Shown here: positions 56,464 through 64,000 of the stretch, piece by piece
How the letters are laid out: each line of letters opens with the position of its first letter
How positions within the stretch are numbered: the first letter of the stretch is position 1
DNA from: Utricularia gibba
Taxonomy: Eukaryota > Plantae > Magnoliophyta
Direction of reading: 5' to 3'
Assembly (NCBI GenBank): GCA_002189035.1
Contig: NEEC01000009.1
Span: forward strand, 3,389,941-3,453,940
Length of the DNA stretch: 64,000 nt
Program-made: the position numbers and the translations under genes
The notes under the pieces: generated by a model
Databases searched by the model: none
What the model saw: only the letters and a program-made list of their open reading frames with translations
Told to the model about the DNA's origin: nothing

Positions 56464-58944
56464 ATGTCCAAAGCCCTTCTTTCGCTCATCAAGCTGCGGA
56501 GCATTCCCAAACCACAAAGCAGGAACCCTGAAGAATTTCCTGACTATCGTTATATCAAGAGGTTCGTTACCGAAGTCTGCCAAATTCTTAGAGGCCAAGG
56601 TGAACAGTGGAAGGAAGCGCTTGAAAATCGGCTCTTTGAGGAAGAGATTGCTCCTTCGGAGATTGCCCACCTAGTGTTCGACGGAATTCGCGATCGCGAA
56701 TTAGGTCTCAAGTTTTTTGGCTTTCTTATTCAGAAAAGTTGCCTCCTTGATGGTTTTGCGTACTCTTCTCTTCTGAAGCTGCTAGCCCAGTCTAAAGTGT
56801 TTTCGGAATTAGACATTGTGTTGGCTGAGTGTTTGCAGTGTGAAGAGAAGCGTCCTAGACGTGATGCTTTGGATGCTGTGATCTGGGCATATGCAGATGC
56901 AGGATTCCTCAAGAAGGCGCTCGACGTATACTCCTTTGTATTGAAAGCTTATGATTCTGTACCTAACTTGCTGGCTTGTAATTCGTTACTAAAGGGACTC
57001 GTGAAAGATGGGAATATGAAAGCTGCATGGGATATATATGATGAGATGGTCAAAAGAGATGATGCTGGGGAGCAGAAGTGCGTGGACAACTATAGCGTGT
57101 GTATCATGGTGAAAGGATTGTGCAACGAAGGAAATGTAGAGAAAGGTAGAAGATTGATTGAGAAAAGGTGGGGTAAGCATTGCATTCCAAATATTGTATT
57201 CTATAATACTCTCATAGATGGATATTGCAAGATAGGTGATATTGATAGAGCCTTTGTGCTTCTTGAGGACTTGAAAAACCAAGGCTTCTTGCCTTCACAG
57301 CAGACTTACGGGGCACTTGTCAACGGCTTGTGCAAAAAAGGATACTTTGATAAAATTGATGAAATCATGAAAGAAATGTTATCCAGAGGTTTGGAAATAA
57401 ATTCTCAAATATATAACAATATTTTGGATGCCAGACTGAAATTTGGCTTTTGGGAGGAAGCTTTGGAGACAACGAAAAATATGACCAAGCTTGGATGCAC
57501 TCTCGACATTGTTACATATAATACGTTGATTTGTGGGCTGTGTAAGGATGGCAAGGTTCATGAAGCAGAAAACGTTTTATGTGAGTCCAGTAATGGTGGA
57601 CTGCTCCCAAATAAACTCAGCTTTACTCCTATAATACATGCATACTGCAAGATGAGAAACTTTGACAGAGCGTTGACTCTGCTGCTTGAAATGGCCAAGT
57701 GTGGTCATAAACCTGATTTAGTAACGTATTCTGTTGTTATCAATGGATTAGTTGTTGCTGGAGATGTTGATGCCGCATTATCAGTCCGAAATAAGATGAT
57801 GGAACACGGTACATATCCAGATACATGCATTTACAATATTTTGATCAACGGACTTTTCAAAAGTTCCAGGATAAGTGATGCTAAGAAGCTTATCGTGGAG
57901 ATGCTCAACAATGATGTGGAACCTGATGAATTTGTCTGTGCAACTCTAGTTGATGGCCATATAAGGCGTGGTGATTTGGCTGACGCAGAGAAGCTTTTTA
58001 ATTTGATGATTGAGAAAGGAGTCGATCCTGGGCTTGTAGGGTACAATGCCATGATCAAGGGTTATTGCAAATTAGGGAGGATAAAGGAAGCTTTTCGTTG
58101 TGTGAGAAGAATGACTAGAAGAAAAATTCCCCCAGATGAATTTACTTATTCTACCATTATCGATGGTTGCATTAAGCAGAAGAATTTGTATAGTGCATTT
58201 GGTGTGTTTAGTCATGCATTTAAATTGAACAGGAGCTCCAACGTCGTAATATATACCTGTCTGATTAATGGATTATGTCGCTCTGGAGATGTTGTGGGAG
58301 CTGTAAAAATCTTGAAAGACATGCGGTCAAATAGTATGGCACCTAATGTGGTTACATACACTATACTCATTGGGAGTTGCTGCAAAGAGGGAAAACTAGC
58401 AGAAGCATCATTGTTCTTTGAAGAAATGCTGACGAGGAAGTGCAATCCCAATGATGTGACATTTTATTATTTGGTGAATGGATTATCAAACAATATCCCC
58501 CTTGCCATCTTGAGGACACAAAGCAGATCGATGCTACTTGATATTTTTGGGACACTAATATCCCATGGTCTCCTGCCTATGTCTGCGGCATATGCTTCGA
58601 TAATCGCATCCCTTTGTTTGAAAAGAATGCTTCAAACTGCATTGCTTCTCATGGATAAGATCCTGAAAGAAGGCATTACGCTGGAATCCGTTACTTTTGG
58701 TGCATTATTGTTTGGCGTGTGTTCGGAGGGTAAATCAGAAGAATGGAGGAATATCATTTCTTCCAGAATAACTCAGATCGATGTTGATGTTGTTTTTCAG
58801 TGCTTGTACAAGTTTGAATGCTACTCGACTCCTGAAGTGGCTAAGCAGGTTTCCTTGATTCTGCGAGGCATGCTCAAGGAACGTGACTCTACAGATAACA
58901 AGATATCATTCTTGTCGAAGTATTCAGGTGTTGAAAAAGGGTAA
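56464..58944 (+). CDS. P-class pentatricopeptide repeat protein (At1g52620-like), single exon
   Basis: Tandem 35-aa repeats (PNIVFYNTLIDGYCKIG, PDLVTYSVVINGL, PGLVGYNAMIKGYCKLG, PNVVTYTILIGSCC). No E/DYW tail. Start MSKALLSLIK. Confidence 0.93.
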   Translation: MSKALLSLIKLRSIPKPQSRNPEEFPDYRYIKRFVTEVCQILRGQGEQWKEALENRLFEEEIAPSEIAHLVFDGIRDRELGLKFFGFLIQKSCLLDGFAYSSLLKLLAQSKVFSELDIVLAECLQCEEKRPRRDALDAVIWAYADAGFLKKALDVYSFVLKAYDSVPNLLACNSLLKGLVKDGNMKAAWDIYDEMVKRDDAGEQKCVDNYSVCIMVKGLCNEGNVEKGRRLIEKRWGKHCIPNIVFYNTLIDGYCKIGDIDRAFVLLEDLKNQGFLPSQQTYGALVNGLCKKGYFDKIDEIMKEMLSRGLEINSQIYNNILDARLKFGFWEEALETTKNMTKLGCTLDIVTYNTLICGLCKDGKVHEAENVLCESSNGGLLPNKLSFTPIIHAYCKMRNFDRALTLLLEMAKCGHKPDLVTYSVVINGLVVAGDVDAALSVRNKMMEHGTYPDTCIYNILINGLFKSSRISDAKKLIVEMLNNDVEPDEFVCATLVDGHIRRGDLADAEKLFNLMIEKGVDPGLVGYNAMIKGYCKLGRIKEAFRCVRRMTRRKIPPDEFTYSTIIDGCIKQKNLYSAFGVFSHAFKLNRSSNVVIYTCLINGLCRSGDVVGAVKILKDMRSNSMAPNVVTYTILIGSCCKEGKLAEASLFFEEMLTRKCNPNDVTFYYLVNGLSNNIPLAILRTQSRSMLLDIFGTLISHGLLPMSAAYASIIASLCLKRMLQTALLLMDKILKEGITLESVTFGALLFGVCSEGKSEEWRNIISSRITQIDVDVVFQCLYKFECYSTPEVAKQVSLILRGMLKERDSTDNKISFLSKYSGVEKG

Positions 58945-59755
58945 CATTAGAGGGGCATCATTTTTGGAACAAGAATATCTGTTGAAAAGCATTGAAAAGG
59001 GATGAAGCTTGCTTTTGCACTGTTGCAGAGCTGGAGTCAATCTTCACGTCATTCCCTGGCAGTTGTCCTTAACTGTTGAGCTGAAGGCACTTATGTTTTC
59101 TGAGTCACATGTATTTTGGTAATAAAGAGGTAAGATTGCCGAAGATACGCTATCCAATGAGGCGGGGATTCTGAATTAGAATTGTCATCTTTTCTAGGTC
59201 GCACTACAAGGGCCCCGAAGAGGATTGCATCAAAGGCAAAATGGGTGATGCTGCATCTCATTTTAGTCATCAAGGTGACAAGATTAGGGAACTGGAGATG
59301 GCAATCAACCGGCATGAAGAATTTGACGAGGGGTTTGATGATGTGAGGGGTGCGTTTACTTTTTCTTTTCAATTTTCTTTCTTTTTTTTTTCTTGAAGCT
59401 GCTTGCATTCGCGTTAAACATGTCGAAGATATGATTTCCACTGCAGCTCTGTACAAAAGACGCACTACGAGGCGAAAGATACGTGAGAATTCAAGCCATT
59501 GTGGACAATAAGCTGCTGACTCTGCGTAGGTCTCTTGGTAACGGCCTTAACAAGGGCGGGACAATTTTAGATTATTTGCATTGAGGCAGTTCATTGATGG
59601 GTTATGGACGAAAGGACAGCCACCCGTTAGGAACATGGGAATAAACACACATTCGTGAATCACATAAGGAAGATGCAAGCATGCTTTACAATTTTCACAC
59701 AAACATGCGAAACTTACGAATCCAAAATCAGGGAGACAGAAAAATGCCAGATTTG

Positions 59756-61248
59756 TCATGCCACGAAAGCCAGGGGCATCCGCCCCGAGTGTTGTGACCT
59801 TTCGGAGCGTGGGGGGCGGCCGCCAATGTGCAGAGGGAAATTGACTGGCCCCCCGGCGGAGACGAGATTCACAGGCCGAGGACCGACGTTCACGGCCTTT
59901 TCCTGACGGCAGTTCATGAGCAGCAGCCCTCCTGCGTTGGGAGCTGTTCTCCTTTCGGCATCGGCTGCCATGTCCACCTTCATCCGCTGCTGGAAGGATG
60001 CCTCTTCGCCGACATCGGAGGCGGACGCGGAGATATTCGAGAGGCTCGCCCGTCCCTCGACGGTAGCAACACTCCAGACAACGCTGACCTCACTCGGCGG
60101 GTAACAATCTGTGGCAGCGATACTTGGAGTCTGAGGCTCCTCGAGACAGCTCCGTTCGTAGGGAGTTTTGGCGGCAAGTTTTCTGGGCGTTTCTCCGTCG
60201 ATGGTCCTATACATCCCCGGAATCGATGTGGAGAAGCTCTCGATCTCGAAAAGATCGGAACTGGCATCACTTCCGACGTCGTCATCCAGGCGCTTGACCG
60301 GAGGACTTGCTGTTTTGAAATAATTTGGAGGTTGGAAAACCTCGATGGAATCTCGAGCTCGATCATCATCTTCCAAGATAATCTTCTTTTTCTTCTCTAT
60401 CAGCATCGGTGTGGGCTTCTCCAGTACTGGAAACGAAATTCCTGGGCTAAGTCGGGTCTGCGGCTGCTTCAGAATGGGCACTTGAGAGGCCGCAAAGTCC
60501 TGTGGCTGCCTGACGGTAGTCTTTATGAGGAGTTTGTGAGGATCCACCCTGTTGACTGCAATTTCATCCCGTTTCTCGCATGAGTTATTCCTCGATGATC
60601 TGCTGTTGCTCTCAATGCCAGCAACTCCCATACCGGCTCGGGGGTGTCGGCGGTGACGAATCCTTTCCTCACCCCAATTGATTTCTCTCCTGCACAACAG
60701 CATGGTTTCCTGATCCCCCCGAGTATCATCCAGGTGTGTTTCTTGCTTTCGTGTTTCCTCAAAGGCTGCTGCTGCTGATGATGATTGGCCAGGAGCCTTG
60801 CTTGGCTGTTCCAGCTGACTTCAGATGAACCTCTCGACCTGGGAGCCCCCAGCACGAGGCCTAGACTATGATGATGATGGCTTTCATCAGTATTCTTATT
60901 ATTGTTGCCTTGTCTGTTGACGGAGGACTTTGTCGCCGTCGCCGAATATGAGGAGGAGGATTGCTCGGCAGCAAGTTGATGATGTTGTTTTGGGTACGCG
61001 CAAGCGGCGGAGTTCTCGCTGAAATACTTTTGAGCGTCGAAAATGCTGAGCTCGGTGTCGTATTTCGGGGCCAATTTTCCCCCGGAAGGAGCTGGAGGAG
61101 GCGGAAGGAGATAGTAGGAGTTGGAAGTATCATCTCCGAGGTCGAAATCTCCGGCCGAATATCTCCCCTTGTCAGTAGAAGATGTCCCCAACCCCTCCTC
61201 CTCTACTCCCACAGCACTTGGATACATCAAGTTGCGTTGAGTTGGCAT
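59756..61248 (-). CDS. PHYTOCHROME KINASE SUBSTRATE 4-like; -1 frameshift around 60630-60680
   Basis: Frame A has ELSIFDAQKYF, SSEVSWNSQ and CCC.G.KS. Frame B has DSIEVF, DDDVGSDASSDLFEIESF, CYPPSEVSVVWSVAT and GLLLMNC..EKAVNVG. These are PKS-family motifs. Confidence 0.85.
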
Positions 61249-63012
61249 TCTATGCGCTTCTGCGGACTAGCTGCGGGTATAAGTAGACAGACAGCTTCCT
61301 TCCATTCGCATAACATATTTTTTAACTGCTGATTATTTCCATCTACCTTGCAAACCGAACCAAATCTCTCTTTCTTCTTTGGATACCCTATTTGCTATGC
61401 TGTACATTAATTTGTAATCGTGCCTATAAAAGAAGAATAAACTCAATAATCGTCGGAATGGGCCAAGTAAAGAAGAAACTATACCAAGGACAATACTAGA
61501 CCAATTATTCCCAAAAGAAAAAGAAACAGTTATGCGAAGGCGATAATCCAAATCAACCCCCTCCAGTCCCAAAGCGGAAAGTCCCAAGAGACTGCAACTG
61601 TTCAGTAGGGTCAGGAATCTGCCACGTCCCTCGCTAAATCTTAGTCGCAAGAAACAGATCTCAGATGATGAAATAATGGACAGATGGAATAACAGAAACA
61701 AACACGAACCATGCATCCCTGTATCACTAAAAGATAATTAATGAAACCGTAATCCCTGACAAGGTCTTAATATCCGAGGTTTTACATGCATTATTTAGGA
61801 ATCCAATCAATGACTCGAGGCGAGGGGTGCAGCTCCGGAGAGGAAAGCATTGGGCGGGATGGACGGACCCACTATGCATGACAAAATTGGGGATCTCGAG
61901 GAGATTGGGTGTTGTGATGATTGGTCTCTAGAAATGGAAAACGTTAAGATACATGTTGATTATACTTTAAGCCCAGATAGATACTAAAAAGCTATCGAAA
62001 GGTCGGTCGATTTGTTGCCCCTACCAAACGCATAATGAATGTTCTAATGCCTTTTATGCAAGTGTATCCTATCAGATGCAACTAAAATGTTCAATAGTAT
62101 ATAAAATACAATTGGAGGGATGTTTTGTGTAATTCTAGACAACCATTGTGTGTGAGATTCACATGGCATCATTTATATTCCTTATTTTGATGATGTGTAA
62201 GGCTGTTTTGTGCATAATTTTAGCCTCTGATTTGCTTTTTATTCCATGCTTTCGTTTTACTCTCTTCTCATCAATGACTATGCATGCTCGTTGTATTCAC
62301 TGACTTTTCAAAAGATGGAGGCGGATTTAACGACCATCCATTAAATAATTGTATGGGGCAGACAGGTTAGACGACATGATATCCTGTGGCCATGTGGCTT
62401 CTTATTCATCTCATGTGTGGGACTCAGGATGAGCTGTGGTCCTGCTGGATCTTCTACGCTTATCCTCAGCACTCGAGTATGGCATGGCATACCTCACTGC
62501 TACATGCTTTTGGACCACACCAAGAATGAACGTGAAGTTGAACACAACACGACGATCCAACACATGGGTTGAAACTAACTAACAAGATTCTCGAGAGGAT
62601 GATGCCATTTGTCATGTGAGTTGAGTCACCCGAAATACCCATGTAAACTATTACTATTCCACCGCCAATATAACAGTCTCACTTGATTAGCCCCGAAATA
62701 CGCAAGGTGCATTTTATGTTTTGGTGGTTTCTCAACAGTAATGTTTCTATAATCTCTATAGAACAATTTTTTTTTTAACTCGACATAATAATATGAAAAT
62801 CAAAATGAAAGATAACTATCAGCTAGTCAGGGATAAATCAAATTATATATTTGATGAGATTAACTTAGAATTTAAGGTCTATGGTTGATAACCCAACAAT
62901 AGAAGTCAAAGGTCTATATTTTAACGTATATCATTTAGCACTTACGACTTAAGAGGTTGGCCTAAGGTTCATAGGTATTCACACCAAGGCTTAACCTGAT
63001 TTAGGGATTTAG

Positions 63013-63180
63013 TATTCACCATTTCAAGGTTTAGGGATTGAGGACTTAAGGATTCATGATTCACCGTTTAAGGGTTAAGGGAATGAGGACTTAGAAATTC
63101 AGGAATCATCGTTTCAGGATTAAAGGATTAAGGACTTACGATGATGATTCACCGCTTCAAGGTTCATATTTCAGCGTTTT
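63013..63180 (+). repeat. Telomere-adjacent ~45-bp tandem repeat (about 3.5 copies) built from degenerate telomere-like 7-mers
   Basis: Units start at 63013, 63058, 63103 and 63146 (45/45/43 bp), consensus about GATTCACCGTTTCAAGGTTTAGGGATTGAGGACTTAAGGATTCAT. Confidence 0.8.
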
Positions 63181-63184
63181 AAGG

Positions 63185-64000
63185 TTCAGGGTTCAGGGTT
63201 TAGGGTTTAGGTTTAGGGTTTAGGGTTTAGGGTTAAGGTTTAGGTTTAGGGTTTAGGGTTTAGGGTTTAGGGTTTAGGGTTAGGGTTTAGGGTTTAGGGT
63301 TTAGGGTTTAGGGTTTAGGGTTTAGGGTTTAGGGTTTAGGGTTTAGGGTTAGGGTTTAGGTTTAGGGTTTTTAGGGTTTAGGGTTTAGGGTTTAGGGTTT
63401 AGGGTTTAGGGTTTAGGGTTTAGGGTTTAGGGTTTAGGGTTTAGGGTTAGGTTTAGGGTTTAGGGTTTAGGGTTTAGGGTTTAGGGTTTAGGGTTTAGGG
63501 TTTAGGTTTAGGGTTTAGGGTTTAGGGTTTAGGGTTTAGGGTTTAGGTTTAGTTTAGGGTTTAGGGTTTAGGGTTTAGGGTTTAGGGTTTAGGGTTTAGG
63601 GTTTAGGGTTTAGGGTTTAGGGTTTAGGGTTTTAGGGTTTAGGGTTTAGGGTTTAGGGTTAGGGTTTAGGGTTTAGGGTTTAGGGTTTAGGGTTTAGGGT
63701 TTAGGGTTTAGGGTTTAGGGTTTAGGGTTTAGGGTTTTTTAGGGTTTAGGGTTAGGGTTTAGGGTTTAGGGTTTAGGGTTTAGGGTTTAGGGTTTAGGGT
63801 TTAGGGTTTAGGGTTTAGGGTTTAGGGTTTAGGGTTTAGGGTTTAGGGTTTAGGGTTTAGGGTTTAGGGTTTAGGGTTTAGGGTTTTTAGGGTTTAGGGT
63901 TTAGGGTTTAGGGTTTAGGGTTTAGGGTTTAGGGTTTAGGGTTTAGGGTTTAGGTTTAGGGTTTAGGGTTAGGGTTTAGGGTTTAGGGTTTAGGGTTAGG
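63185..64000 (+). repeat. Arabidopsis-type telomere array (TTTAGGG)n, G-rich strand running to the window end
   Basis: Two TTCAGGG units (63185-63198), then ~800 bp of TTTAGGG with occasional TTAGGG, TTTAGG, TTTTAGGG and TTTAGGGG variants. Confidence 0.99.

Noticed and set aside
59828-60583. 251-aa plus-strand ORF
   Set aside because: Antisense shadow of the PKS4-like coding sequence.
63185-64000. Tandem array as a possible CRISPR or satellite
   Set aside because: 7-bp units without spacers in a eukaryotic context: a plant telomere.

Overview
Eukaryotic nuclear DNA from a flowering plant (eudicot-like): the right-hand end of a chromosome. About 24 intron-containing or small gene loci are packed into 61 kb, with no recognisable transposon. 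In order: MED23, GH9 endoglucanase, Bet1-like SNARE, HR-like lesion-inducing protein, C2H2-EAR zinc finger, EDA6-like, actin, SPOUT1/C9orf114 methyltransferase, RABC1 pseudogene, organellar HisRS, SINE1 KASH protein, CHCH protein, GYRB, HMG-CoA lyase, CLE peptide, MZT1/GIP pseudogene, small conserved protein, RZF1-like RING-H2, NDUFAF5, SIP2;1, COX5C with premature stop, MSBP, PPR, PKS4-like. A ~1.9 kb subtelomere follows, then a ~45-bp higher-order degenerate telomeric repeat and an Arabidopsis-type (TTTAGGG)n array from ~63185 to the end. Nine otherwise intact genes carry ten single-base losses, nearly all where one extra base in a run restores the frame. This most likely reflects long-read consensus error, and it hides or truncates several small genes (CLE, C2H2-EAR, a CGYEDVQVMW-family protein) in the ORF track. 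Three loci (RABC1, MZT1/GIP, COX5C) have substitution or multi-base lesions that look like real decay. I found no convincing wholly new biological system. The best leads are the hidden small genes, the pseudogenes, a spliced short-ORF candidate and the telomere-junction repeat. All gene names come from my recall of homologous protein sequences, not from a database search.
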